The notes beneath the pieces were generated by a model, which searched no databases, was not told the origin of the DNA, and saw nothing but the letters and a program-made list of their open reading frames with translations. A stretch of 64,000 bases of DNA from Azolla caroliniana. Its lineage: Eukaryota > Plantae > Polypodiophyta. The DNA lies in NCBI GenBank assembly GCA_043228905.1, contig JBHGNT010000013.1:1984001-2048000 (forward strand), given 5' to 3'. Of this stretch, positions 46,719-60,025 are shown piece after piece; the stretch's first letter is position 1; the number at the start of each line of letters is the position of its first letter. The position numbers and the translations under genes are program-made.

Positions 46719-47967
46719 GCGTGCTCCTCGGCCATTCGTTGGGACGCTTTTATCTGTTGTGTTGCCAGGAATTCCATGATCTCAAAAGAGGGTCTGAACT
46801 ATAAGAGGGCGCTAAACACATGGGCCGTATCCGGGATATCTGGATATGCCAACACCTCGCTTTCCACCGTCAATACAGCTTTCCCTCGTTGGGACTGGGT
46901 CGTAATGATCGGTCCTAGCTCCTGGATGATTTCGAAGGTGGTATTGTGCTCCATAGCTGCGGAGCCATCGCCGTCGATCGTTGTCTCTATTGCCGTGGGG
47001 ACGTCTTTGACCAATCCCCGCCCATCTTTCCTGTCCAATCTACGTCGTTTCAGTCTGGGGCTTTGCTGCCATGTTTCGGTGTCTGGCTCTGGCACCATTG
47101 CCACGGAACGTGTCGGTTGTTCCTCCTGCGTGTGTCTGGTTGGGTGGGTTGGGGTTCCTCTTCCCACTCTGGGGCCGCTAACTCCGCTAACTTGCGTTTC
47201 GCGGATCGGGGCGGGGGTGTGGGTCGGCTGGGCTGTGGTGCTAGTAGGTACTATTGTATGATCGGCCCGAGCTTTTTGCCTGCCTGATATGCATGCGGGC
47301 CTTCCCGTAACGTCGGCTCTGTGATGACCCCCCAATCGACTGCACGTCCTTCAAAGGTATCGATAATGAAGCCCGCCTTCTACTTGGGCATCCCATATGC
47401 GTTGACATGTACGCAGCCGACCTCTAACAGGAACTTGGCAACTTCACGGAAGAAGTGATCCGGGATCTGCTTCGTTCTATAGGCCTTGGCGGAGGAGGAA
47501 TATGGCCCAAAATATCGTTGCAGCGCCTCTGCATGAGGGATTTCGTAATGCCTTTCGCCTAGAGATGATAGGTCCAACTTTTTCCGGATGGAAGAGTTGG
47601 TGACCGTGTCGATGTTCAGCTTCCTAGCGATGTCCATGGCATCTGGGTGTGGGGGTGCCTCTACGACCCAGATGTACCCATCCAGGCGTTTCTCCACGAG
47701 CCATCGGCATAAGGCAGTAGAGATGAAGATTGGCATCGCTAGAGTAGGTTCGTGGGAAGGAAACTAGTGGTTGTGGTGGGCTGGAGCTCTGTGATAGGAT
47801 GGAGGAGAAGGTGAGGGGGAGGAGGGATGGGAGCGCTGATAGTTAGAAGGTGGGTTTTTGTTTTGTGCAGAAGATCCTCTATTTCCTTCTTTTTGTGGCT
47901 TAGGGTTCATTGGGCGGTGAGCCATCGTGGTGCTGTGTGTTCTTGAACTAGGAGTCTGTGCATGCAT
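46719..47967 (-). pseudogene. Proximal part of the extra ORF of C
   Basis: ORFs 47380..47736 and 46799..47335; YFGPYSSSAKAY..FREVAKFL aligns with YFGEYSLASKGY..FREIARVL of E. Confidence 0.65.
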
Positions 47968-48139
47968 TTAGTCCTTTTAATAGTCGTTATCTTCTCTCTC
48001 TTTTCTTTTTTTGTAACGGTTATATACAACCTATTTTTACATTATGGTACAAGTGGGGCCGCCCATTTACGCCGCGGGTTCTCCGGCTTTGTCCTGTCTG
48101 GCGGTGAATGGGTTAGGTGGCGTAGAGCCCAGGTAAGGT

Positions 48140-51100
48140 TTAAGGTGAAACCCATTCACCTTTTGCCGTACTACTTCCCCCACCAATGTACCTAGTTGGA
48201 ATGTGCCTTGTTCCGCTCCAATTATCCAATATGGGCCGGTCTAGCGGAAGCGTAACTTCCTTGGAATATGGCCCATGCGGGTTTGGAAACGGTAGTCGAA
48301 ACGGTGTTGACTGTATGCTTGTTTTGTAGTTGGTTCTGTACACCCATAACGCACTTTGTAATTTGGTATCCCAATCCGTTCTATTTTCATTGACGATTTT
48401 CTTCAAGATGGTCTGCAACGTCTTGTTGGTGGATTCCGCTAACCCATTCGCTTGTGGATAATATGGCGTCCTCTTTTTATGGACTATGGCATAATGATGT
48501 GTTAGTTCCCGAACCACCGTATTGAGAAAGTGACTCCCTTAGTCACTAATGAGCTCAATCGGGCAGCCGAACCGGCACCAGATGTGCTCGTAAAGGAACA
48601 TGGCTGTGACGGCCACCGTATTTTCTCGTAGTGCCTTTGCTTCTACCCACTTGGTGCAATAATCCGTAGCAACCAATATGTATTTATTGCCCATATGGGC
48701 TGCCGCCGGTGTGAAGGGGCCCACAAAATCTAATCCACACTTTTGGAAGGGCTCTAGCGGTAATACAGGCTGATGTGGCATCCTTGCGCCCTTCGTGGGC
48801 TGGCCCATCCATTGACACAAATCACACTTTCTACAATACTTGGATGCGTCCTTCTGCGTTGTTGGCCACCATAAGCCTGTCTAACATATCTTCTAGGCTG
48901 TGACGTTGCCCGCGTAATGGCTACTGGCCGTGCCGCAGTGCGCCTCCCGTAAAACTGCTTCTTTCTCATTCTGACGTACCCCACGTCGCCAAATGCCGTC
49001 ACTGCCTTTGTGATATAAAACTCCTTCTACGAGGCCGAAATTACGGCTTCGGACGGCTAGTCTTTTCTTCTCGTCCGTGCGTAATTGTGGTGGAGGCAGT
49101 CCCGTAGTCAAAAAGTATGGCATTTCCATAAGCCACTGGTCCGGAAAGGTCAATTCCGTTCTTTTTGCTAGTGCTGCTACCCACAGGATGTCGGCGTCCG
49201 GAAAATCGTCATCATCTTTTTGCATTGTTTCTCGATTCTCGAGTCTACTCAAAAAATCTGGCACTGTGTGTTGCGTCCATGGTCGGTGTTGGATTACGAA
49301 ATCAAATTCTTGGAGCAACAACATCCATCGCGCCAATTTTCCTGTCAGGGCTTGTTTCTCCACCAAATACAACAGTGTTGAATGATCCACGTGGAACGTG
49401 AATTTCCTCCCTTGTAAATAATGCCAGAATTTATTGATGCTATAGATCATCCATAGCGCCTCCCGCTCCGTTGTGGAATAGTTACGCTCTGCTGTTGATA
49501 ATTTGCGATTAGCGTAGCACACTGGCCAGTACCAGTTTGGTTCGGTGCACTTCCTATTGCTATGTCCGAGGCGTCCACGAACACGTGGAATGGCTTCGCC
49601 CAAACTGGTGGTTGTACGACGGGAGCCTGCGTGAGCATTATCTTAAGTGCCTCATAGGCTTTGTCCTCCGTTGCTGTCCATTGGAAGGGAATCTGATGTA
49701 TGATAGCATGTAACGGCGTGGCGAAGTCCAGCAAATATCGTATCATCCGACTATGCCACCGTATTTGTCCTAAAAACTGGCTGAGTGATTTCGCGTTCGT
49801 TGAAGTTTTGGCTTGCGTAATCGCGAAGATTTTGTTCGGATCGACTGCTATTCCCTCCTTGCTGACTATATGGCCCAGGAGAGTCCTACTGGCCACTCCG
49901 AAAGCACATTTCGTGGGATTCAGGCTTAAGCGTGCGGTGCGTCAACGTTCCAGGCACAATTGCAGGTGCATAAAATGGTCTATGGTTCTCCCATATACCG
50001 CAAAGTCGTCTAAAAAACTTGCATGAACACCGGAATGTATTTCCCAAAGATCTTCGTAATTGTCCGTGGAAATGTTGCCGACGCCGTCTAGCCCGAACAT
50101 CATGATGACTGCCACATTGACTCCCCAGTCCGTGACAAATGTCGTCTTTTCTTGGTCCTCGAGATGCATGCGTACCTGGTTATATCCACAAAAGCCATCT
50201 AAAACATTGTACATCTCATGTCCTGCGACGGCGTCCAGTACGCTATCGATGAAGGGTAAAGGGAATGCGTCCGTAATGGTTACGGCATTTAATTTTTGGT
50301 AATCCACACATACCCATATTTTGCCGTTTTTCTTTGAAATGACCACTATCGGGCTTAACCAGGTGGCTTGTTTAACTGGGCGTATGAACCTCGCCTTCAG
50401 GAGTTTGTCAATTTCCTCTTTTACGCGGGTTGCGTAGTTCGGGTTCATGCGGTAGCAACGCTGCTGGACGGGTTTTGCATCGGTTGCTAAATTGATCTTA
50501 TGCTGATAGAACTTGGGATCTAACTCCTGCATGTCCTCGTGAGCCCAAGCGAACACATCTTTATATTTCGTGAGTAGTGCGATCATCGTGTTTCTCTGGT
50601 CCGGCCTTAATTCCTTTGCGATGGAGAGGAAACGGGGTTCCGACTCCGTACCCACATTTACTTCGCCTAGGGCGGAGGCGGTGACTCGTCATGAAATTTC
50701 CATTTCCCTTTCGAATGCCGTCCGTGCTCTGCTGAGTTCCAATAAGGACTCTGGGTTTGGTTCGTAAGCCTCGTCGTGGAGATTAGTGGTCGTGGCATAT
50801 TCTACCGCGGTTGCGATGACGTCGATTTCGAATAGCGGAATGATCCGTGGGTGCTCATCTAGGTATGCCTCTAATTCTGCATCCTCCATCCCAGCCAGGA
50901 TATTTATATCTTCTGCGTATAATGGTGTTACACCCTTGGGTTGTGGCGTGCTTCCTTCCGTAGGTACGCGAACCTTGGTGCATTCGTGTCGGAAACTGAT
51001 ACACTTGTGTTGCCAGCTCTGCTTGATATTTGCTGCCCGAAGCCATGGTCTGCCCAAAAGCACTGGGTACGCCCCTGGGGCGTCCAAGGCGAGGACGACC

Positions 51101-52950
51101 GCCGAGATGTCAAAGCGATTTCTGCCCACGATAATGCCTATCTTGCGAATTAAGCCCAATGGTCATACTAAGCGGGTATCTTCCATTCGGAGCCAGAATG
51201 GGCATGCCTCCCATTCTGAAATGCCTAACTACTCGCAAGTTTTCGCGCTAATTACATTGACGCCTGAGCCGCCATCGATTACGCATCCAGAAATTTCCTG
51301 TCCGTGTAATATTAATGAAATAGCCGGGTTTGTGGTGATCCACTACAGGCGGGTTGTCGCTAACATCTGTAAGGTTTGTAGCGACGCTGACCCCGGGTAT
51401 GCCCGTCACCCGTTCTTCCATGGTCTGGCGGAAGCATGGGACTAGCTGCAGCAACTTCTCCATTATTAACGTTATCTTGTAGCCCGCTAATGCCTGCCAA
51501 ATGGGGTCCGAGACCGGTCCTTCATCCTCTGCTTGCTCCCTCGTATTCGCGGTCTCCTTCCGCATGTGCTCTGTATTGGTCGCATTTGCTTTTTCCACCC
51601 ATGCCTGGGCTTGTCGTCGTATCTCATCTTGCGTAGCCCAATCAGTTGTTTTTGTTTGCTGGCGTGTCGTGACTTGCTGTACTTCCGCCGTAATTGTGTT
51701 GACAGCGGGCCCCTTGCCCTTGTGTGTTGGGTATTGCGTGGCATAATGTCTAGGCTGCTGACAAATAAAACAATGGATGCTTGATTCACCCTTCTCGGCT
51801 CCTGGTGGTGTGTGTCGATCCCCTGGTGCGTCTTGCTCCTCCCGGTCCGGCTTTGTTTGTCGGAACGCACACGGTGGTTGTTGTTGGTCCCGTCGTGGTT
51901 CTTGGTGTCGTTCATCTCCCGAGCTTTTGTCGTAACACCAGTGATCTTGATATTGCTGCGGCTTCCCACGATAACCATTGAAGCCGCCACATTTGTTTGT
52001 CGGCCGATGATTCTCATAGCACCGGCCCCCTTTAGCATAACTCCGATGTCCACGATAATCCTCATCCTCTGGCTTGTCTTCCACAGAATCGTTGTGATTT
52101 CGGCGATTCCGGTGGTGCCGGTCGTCCCGTGGGTTGCGATCCATATACCGTGGTCAATCTTCTTGCCGCCTTTGTTCAGTACGGCGTTGGGGACGCTCTG
52201 TGTCCATGCTGCGGACTGTGGGAGCGGCTCTGTTCAACATATTGTATTCGCATTGTTCGACTGTGTAAACCTTTGAGTGGTAGATTGGGCAGTGGATTTG
52301 CATGTTGCACTCCACTGCGGAATGCCCCGAGTTCAAGCAAATCGTGCACTGCATTGCTTGATGAAACTGTCGTTCCTCGTCCTAGGGTAACGCTTGTCGT
52401 AACGAGGACATAGAAAACCTTTCTTCCTCGTCATCCAACTCGAGCTATAACGCTCATTCAATGACCATATCCGCTGTTTCCCCTTTCACGCTATTGTTGT
52501 TAAGCGTTGCTTGGATGGGTCGGCGTAATGCTACCAGAAATGTCTCTCGAACCTCATCCTCCGTGGGGCTCCGTTCTAGTTTCCTCCGTAAATTTAGGAA
52601 ACGTAAGCTGAAGTCTACGATCGTCTCGGTCGGCAGTTGCTTAATCGTGTAGAACTGTCCGAGGATTTCGCGTTGTGGAACCCTTCGATGGAAGAACCGC
52701 AAGAAAGTGGACTGCAGCTGATCGAAGGTTGTGATTGCTGGTAAGTCCATCTGTGAATGCCAAAACGCCGCTCGCCCATCCAATGTTAACCCGAACTCCG
52801 TCATTTTCGACTAGTGCGCTACCGCCTCCGAAAGGCTTTGTGCCATGTGGTTCGCATTCCCGACATTAAGGAACCTGCGAATATGGGTTTCAGCGTCGGT
52901 TTCGCCATTAAAGCGGGGATAGGCAAAGGCCATGCTGGGGGCTACGATGG
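48140..52950 (-). pseudogene. Gag-pol of C, heavily degraded
   Basis: gag 52454..52804; knuckle 52154..52354; PR about 50689-51300; RT 49447-50655; RH/INT 48140-49603. Confidence 0.9.
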
Positions 52951-53203
52951 GTTGGGAAAGACCACAGCGTGGCTGTGGTGAGCGTGCTCCCCGTGTAACG
53001 CCGAGGTGTTTGGAGAACGAAGAATCACCTTTGTAATCACGGCAGGTAGTACTGAGGTCGCTGAGGCGAGGCTTCTGCCGCACACGTTCCTCTGCCCGGC
53101 GTGTGACGGACCGTGTGATTGGCCGGTCTTGTCGTGTTGGTTCTCTGGGGCGTCTACGGCTAAACATCCATTCGTCGTTGCTCGTTTGTGAGAAGACACA
53201 AAT

Positions 53204-53217
53204 CACCAAGCGTGCCA
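53204..53217 (-). promoter_or_regulatory. Primer binding site of C (tRNA-Arg)
   Basis: TGGCACGCTTGGTG, 4 nt from the 5' LTR; fits recalled tRNA-Arg(UCU) with two G:U pairs. Confidence 0.72.
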
Positions 53218-53747
53218 AAAGTGTTACCGATGAGGAACACGGTCTTCGGTCAATCCTTCGACCTAGACCTCCAAGTGATTGTGGAACAACGAATGGGCGT
53301 CTATGTGTAATGCGTAGGGGAATATTCCTCGTAACCTATAAGCGTTTAAGGGAGACGACTACAACCGACTCCTTAGGAATAGTTACACCTACGTTCTTAC
53401 ACGCTCAGGTATTCCAGACACACAATAGTTTAGCCGTAGCTATACACATACTTTCAGAGAAGATAGAATTCTATTACGATACGCTTCTTTACATTCCAAA
53501 ATTACACGCTCCCTCTATCAAAGGTTTTCTGCCCTTTATATACACAAGGTCTATTTAGCCATTCACGCTTCCTGCGTGAACCGTTACATGTGTTATGATC
53601 TTATATTATTTCTTATTCCTACGCTCTTGTCTGTCGCTTACTATTCCGGCGGACAACACATGCATCTTGCTTGACACTACAAGGGTCATCTCAACACTAT
53701 GAGGAATTCAAATGCCATGATGTCTTACTCTTTTACAACAATCTCCT

Positions 53748-56700
53748 TGTGAAAGTTAGCGTGCGGAAGCGTATGCCAAACTAGCTCTGCCAGATAGTAA
53801 TAGTAAAGAGAAGAAGGTTTAATGGAAGCTTAACATAGAGAATAAGAATACACAAGAGAGAGAGAGAGAGAGAGAGCCCAAATGGATGTAGCTTAGTTGG
53901 TAAGGTTGCCCAATGGAGACCAGGTGGTCATGGGTTCAACCCCTACATTCCACAGTGGCATCTAGTGAAATAGAGATATATATGAAGTATATAATAGAGA
54001 TGTGAGGAAATTGGGTTTCGAACCCAAGACACAATGCTTGTAGTGTTATCAACTTACCACTAGGGTAAGCTAATCTAGACACCAATTTGGTTCTCCGTTC
54101 TCAATACCGACAGGGCTCTGGCTTATTCAGCCAATCCGGATCCAGTTGAGCTTGCTCGCTCAACACTCCCCCTCAAGCTCAACTTGAGGTCGGATCGTGG
54201 TGTCAGTGTCTGCATTAACCAGTGATTTCCTCCGACTCCTTCTAACGTCCTCCCACCTTGCTCGCGCTCCTCGTCTGGTCCGGTTGTGCTTTCCACAACC
54301 CGTCTGGTACTAGGCACCTCGACCTCCTTGGTCGGCTTGTCTGCTAAACATGCCCATTTCAACTCCTTTACTGCTATGACTCTGGCGTTTGTTGATCCAT
54401 CGGTTCCTTCGTGTCGGTGTCGACTTCTGCTGCCTTCTCGTCCACTTGGCTTTTAGTTAAACTAACTTCTCCGAATCTTGAACCGAATCAGCTTCCTCCG
54501 ATTCGTTCCAAGTCTTGTCTGGGTTGGTAGTCTCCTACTCGTCTTCCGGTTTTAGGCCCTTCACCACATCAAACCACGTCCGGGTCTTGGCCTTTTTCCG
54601 GTCGGCTCTGTCCTTCTTTACCCTACCGCCGCCGCCGCTTGCTCCGACTGTTTTGGATGTGGCGACTCCTTCGGTCAGCTCGGGTTGCTTTATTTGCTCA
54701 TCTCCCCCCTTGGTTCTTTCTTCCTCTCTGGCTCCTTGTCCGGTCCCATCCGTTCCCGTTCCTACTCTCCCCCTCAAGTGCAGTACATTGAGACGCGGAA
54801 TGCCGAGCATCTCCAAAAAATGTTGCAACTTGTCTGATCTGAGTGGCTTGGTGAAGATGTCGGCTACCTACTGATCCATGTGAACATATTGAAGTTCAAC
54901 TTCACCACTCAAAAACCGCTCACACAAAAATTGATAGTGCACTTCTATGTGCTTCGTCCGAGCATGGAATACAGGGTTCTTGGCGAGTTGTATGTTGCTT
55001 ACGTTGTCACAATACATCAAGATTGGGCTCGGCACCTCGATCAGGAGGTCTCACATGAGTCGTTGAAGCCAGATGGCTTCACAGGTGGCAATGGTAGCAC
55101 CCAGGTATTCAGCCTTAGTGCTCGACAGAGCCACTGTTGGCTGCTTTTTGCTGCTCTACGCAACAACCGCGCTACCAAGAGAAAACATGTAACCGTAGGT
55201 GCATTGGCGATCCGATGCATCACCAGCCCAGTCGGCATCGGTATATTCGACTAGCTTCCCAGTTATACCGTGTCGGTATAACAGTCCCTGGTCCTTCGTG
55301 CCACTAACATACCAGAGTATCCAGTGTGCGCACTAAAGGTGCTCGATGGTCGGCTTTTGCATGAATTGGCTGCTCATTCTGACTGGGTAACTGATGTTGG
55401 GTTGAGTGCTTGTCAAGTATATGAGGCTTCCGACCATTGGTCGGAACTATTTCTCATCGTAGGCCGGGCCGGAGTCGGGATGTAGCTTCAGGTTCCGGTC
55501 TAGGGGTGTGGAGATCGGTTGACATTCCGTCATGCCGAACTTGTACAACATATTCAACACATACTGTCTTTGTGAGACCAATATGCCATCGGGGGGTTCA
55601 GATAACCTCAATCCCAAGAAAAAAATCAAGAAAACAACTGGAACTTCACTCTACCGATTTCATCCAGTCCGGGTTCGGTGATGACTAAATCATCAACATA
55701 TTGTAGGATACAGACCAGACAGTTCGGACCTTTCCGGATGAGCAGTGACGAGTCGAACTTTGAGGCCGCAAACCCCATCTTACGCAACCGGTACGTGATC
55801 TTCGCATTCCAAGCTCGATGGGCTTGCTTCAGACCGTAAAACGACTTCTTGAGTCAAAATAGTGCAGACTTGTTCATCTCCGATTGAAATCCGAGGGGTT
55901 GGATCATATAGACCCGTTCTTCAGGGTCACCTTGAAGAAACACATTCTTCATGTCCATTTGGTGAAGACGATATCCCCTTACCGCAACAACAACCAATAC
56001 CACACGAACCAACATAATCTTCGCTACCAAAGGAAAGGTCTCACCGTAGTTGATTCCGTGGGTCTATGCGTATCCCTTTGCCACTAACTAGGCCTTGTAC
56101 CAGTTGATTGAAGCCTCAACATTGTACTTCACCTTATATACCCATTTGCAACCAATCGGTTTACACTGTCAGGGAGGGTCAACAGGTCCCATGTATTGTC
56201 GGCATCAAGGATCCGTATTTCTTCCTCCATAGCAACACGCCAATTTGCATTTCTGTGCAGCTCTCCAGCTCACGCACTTCCACCACCTTAGTCATGTACG
56301 CATAGTGATGCGCCATGTACTCATTGTACCCGTACCTCATGACGGTTTTCTTTTGACGGGTTGATTGGCGTAACTTCTCGTTACCCGGTTTGAGGCCCTT
56401 CTTGGCCGATTCAGACTTCCGTTCTGAAGATCCGCCTTCTTCCTTTCCGGGGTAAGATTTGTTCTAGTCCAACCCTTAAGTGCTGGTATCATATTCTGAC
56501 ATTTTCTTCTTCCCCTTCTCTTTGCGCGTGAACCGTCTCCTCGGTTCCTTGCGTGGGAAGTCTCCACTACTCCCCGGTTCTTCCTCCGACTGGTCATCCC
56601 GACTCAGCCACTTAGCCAGAATGAGATCAGACTCTTATCTAGAGTACCGAATCCTTCATCTTCTTCTTGAACCCCTCTAGGTTAACTAGCCTCATCCTTT

Positions 56701-58534
56701 GGAATCGGGATTTCATCGGAACTTGGAGTCGGTAGGGAGTACCATGATGTCGACTTATCAAACTCGACATCTCAACTTACTCGTACATGTTTAGTCTGGG
56801 GGTTATAACACTAATACCCCTTCTGCTCATGCGAGTAATCGACTAGGAGGCACTTCTCCAACTTCGGATCCAGCTTCCTACGCTTCTCATCCGGTACATG
56901 CACATATGCTATGCTACCGAAGATCCGAAGGTGCCTCAAATTCAGCTTCTGCCTGAAATACAACTCATGTGCCGACACCTCGTCCTCGATCCGGTCTTGG
57001 ATTTAGAACCGCCTCAGCCCAGTAGAATTTGGGCATGCTCTTCTACTGCAGATAACAGCTGAATTAGCCGGAAAACTATTCTTTTCCACCATCCCACTGT
57101 AGACACTTGATATTCCTCTCCATTTCCCTTTCGACTAAGGTTTGAAGGTTTCGGAAACAATCGAAGATTTCGCTTTTGTTCTTGATGAGGTAGATCCACA
57201 TGTGCCGCCTGTAGTCATCGATGAAGGAGACGAAATACCGACTCCCATGAAGACTAACGTTCTGTGCCAGTCCCCATACATCGAGTGCAGATTTGGGCTT
57301 CACATATTTGGGCCTTTTGGCCAGTAAACTATGGCTATCCGAACACGACTTGTTTCGATTGCAGATCTTTGAAGCCTTTGGTAGTTGACATGGCTGATCT
57401 ACGTATGCCAGAGATTGATGTTCGATTCAATCTTCTGTCCTTTGGTAAACATGGCGGTGCCGACGTCATTTGTGATGAGGATGAACATCCTCCCTTCTCT
57501 GTGTCCTTGCGCGATTATCCGCCCTTCTTCCTCGATGAAGCACACAAGGTCGTCTCCGATTTCCCTTTTGTCCGACATGGCTTAAAGGGACTTCTCCGAC
57601 ATGCACAGTCAGGCGAGGGGTGTCATCTCCGATTTCGAGAATTCCCAGTTGTTCTGGTTTCTCCAAAAAACGAGAACTAATCTTTGTGGTCGCCTCCGTG
57701 TACAACATCTGGCTGCCCGATTGAGTGGTCCTCGATCCACTTCCGTAGTTTTCTTCGACCATCAACATTGATTGTAAGTAGAAGAAGGAAAGTGGTTTTT
57801 CCCGGGTGAAAATTGCCATCTGGATGGCCCGTACCGTTGTGCTAGACCACCGAGACAGATCTGGACCATCTCGTCTTCGTCCACTGTCACATTAATGGAC
57901 CCGAGTGCGTCACAAATCTCCTTTATCTTAGTGGTATAGTTCGTAACCGACATATCTCTTTGCCGGATGTTGTTCAGGTCTTGTAGGAGCTGCAACTTAC
58001 GGGATGTGGTATTCGTGGCGAAAATCTTCCGAAGATTTTTTCATGCCTCCTATAGCATTTTTGCATCCTTGATGTAGCCGAGCATCTGATCGTGCACACC
58101 GGACGCGAGGCACTACAATACTCAGGTCGCTCCTTGCTCCCATGCCAGGAAATCTTTATGTGCCAGCTCCGGTAGTACCTCGTTGGTTCCCCCCACATAG
58201 CTCCAATATTCATGCCCCAACAGGTACTGGTGCATTTTATATGACCAGGATGCATAGTTGCTCCGGTCGAGCTTTTTTGTCGGATGTGAACTTGCCATTC
58301 CTTTGTCCATCTTAGGTTCTCTTCTGTTCTTCACCAGGTGTTAGGGTTTTTCTTCACTAGTCGCTCGTCGACTACAGAGGTTCTCAACCCTTGCGCTCTT
58401 ATACCATGTGAAGGTTAGCGTGCAGAAGCGTATACCAAACCGGCTTTACTGGATAGTAACAGTAAAGAGAAGAAGGTTTAATGGAAGCTTAACACAGAGA
58501 ATAAGCATACACATGAAAGAGAGAGAGAGAGAGC
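53748..58534 (-). mobile_element. Degenerate Ty1/Copia element I, 5' LTR truncated
   Basis: 3' LTR 53748-54163 with PPT at 54164-54173; gag LDRSNYASW 58122..58334; INT, RT and RH fragments; iMet-like PBS TGGTATAAGAGC at 58395-58406; 5' LTR 58407-58534 ends at a (GA)n tract. Confidence 0.9.
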
Positions 58535-59865
58535 AGAACATCTAGGAGACAGTGTATTGCTCAAGCGCTAGCAGATGATCATTTTATGTTTTTGGGAGTT
58601 ACATGTAATAATGTTACAAAAGCTACAAAGGTTTGGGAATTGTATTCTCTTGCATTAGGATTAAAGATGAATATGCATAAATCAGTTCTTATTTCATGTA
58701 CTGAGCAAAATATATTGGAGCTTGGTTGGCTAGGAAAGATTGTTAATCGTGGGGAAATTTTTCGACACTTGGGTTACCCTATTGGAGACCTCAATCATGG
58801 CCATTTCATATAAGGGTTAAAGTTGTGCAATCCATTATGATACCCATGGTTTCTTATTATCTTCCATTGTTGCCATGGTCTAAGAAGGTTGTTCTAAAGG
58901 TTACCCAATCCATGCGTTCATTATTATGGGAGAAAAAAGGGAAACATGGCATTTCTTGGTTGGCATGAGATCATATTTGTACTCCAAAACGGCTTGGTGG
59001 AGCAGCATTATTAAATGTATATCAGCCTATGGTAGCTTGGAAGTTTTCATTACTCATTTTTATGTTTGCAAACACACAGCCATGGATAGAAATGGTGATT
59101 TTCTTTATTGAGATAATTGGTATCAAGTTGGGCAATGTAAGAGTAGAATCACATTGGTGGAATGTAGTCAACTCCGAAAGGCAAGTGAAGTGTTCAATGT
59201 CTTGGGTTGTTAATCAATTATTATCATCTTGGCAGAATGTGTTAGAATTTGTCACGTGGGATCCTCCATCACATAGAGAGCATGCAAATTCTCAACAATT
59301 AGAGATTTTGGCAACATCAAGGGTGTTGGATTGGGAAAGTAAACAATCTTTGCAACATCAATTTAATCGAATGGCTCGATTAGGATTGTATCACTAAAAG
59401 ATGCAATTTTGACTTCTCAAAGAAGGTTGATGACTTTTCGTACTGCTAGATGAACATTTGGAATTCCACGCAATTATTGGCACATTTGGGATACATTACA
59501 AGGATTATCAATGTTGCAAGGGCATCTGCCACATTTGAATGAAGATTCTTTATATCTTGATTGGACATTTGTGGGGGGGAACAACTTAAGTATGGTTTCA
59601 ACGAATGAGGTTTATCATATAATTATTGGGAAACATATGTGGTTAGAAAATAGGGTAATTAAGGTATGGTCTTTTCATAGGCCAACAATTTGGTGGAAAA
59701 ATGTACTTTAGAAGGGTTGGTGTTCACATTGGTCATTTAGAGCGAAGGTGTTTATTTGGAGGGTTATGGTTGGTGGATTGCCATTGGGTGATACTTTATG
59801 CAAAAGAAAAATTACTAGTGGTTTCTGTTTCTTTTGTACGGTGGAAGTAGAGCACAGTCACGGCG
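58535..59865 (+). mobile_element. L1-type LINE ORF2 remnant (RT C-terminus and zf-RVT-like region)
   Basis: ADD..FL, GLKMNMHKS, FRHLGYPIG; KVFIWRV..GGLP plus Cys/His cluster at about 59745-59860; many stops. Confidence 0.75.
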
Positions 59866-60025
59866 TGGATTAATGATGCAACCTTTCGTCTTAACCTTCC
59901 AGCACACATGCAGCTTCACCCAATCTTTCATAGCTCTCTTTTGGAACCTTGTCACGCCTCTCTTTTGGAACCTTGTCACACCTCCGTCCCCTATCCAACT
60001 TGTTGACGGCCCCGAATATGAGGTA
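59866..60025 (+). mobile_element. Short Tcn1-like integrase-tail/chromodomain fragment
   Basis: INDATFRL.LP..HP.FH.SLLEP..PIQLVDGPEYEV, homologous to J 60560-60720 but in the opposite orientation. Confidence 0.7.

Larger units (their letters stand above)
11079..53658 (-). mobile_element. Gypsy element C (non-chromovirus, OTA/Athila-Tat-like RT), degenerate; hosts D and F
   Basis: 5-bp TSD CATGC (11074-11078 / 53659-53663); 437-bp LTRs at 53222-53658 and 11079-11509 + 24846-24851; gag-pol fragments on the minus strand at 48140-52950. Confidence 0.93.

Noticed and set aside
53883-53953. Possible functional tRNA genes in LTRs
   Set aside because: Acceptor and anticodon stems do not pair properly; reported only as tRNA-like A/B-box modules
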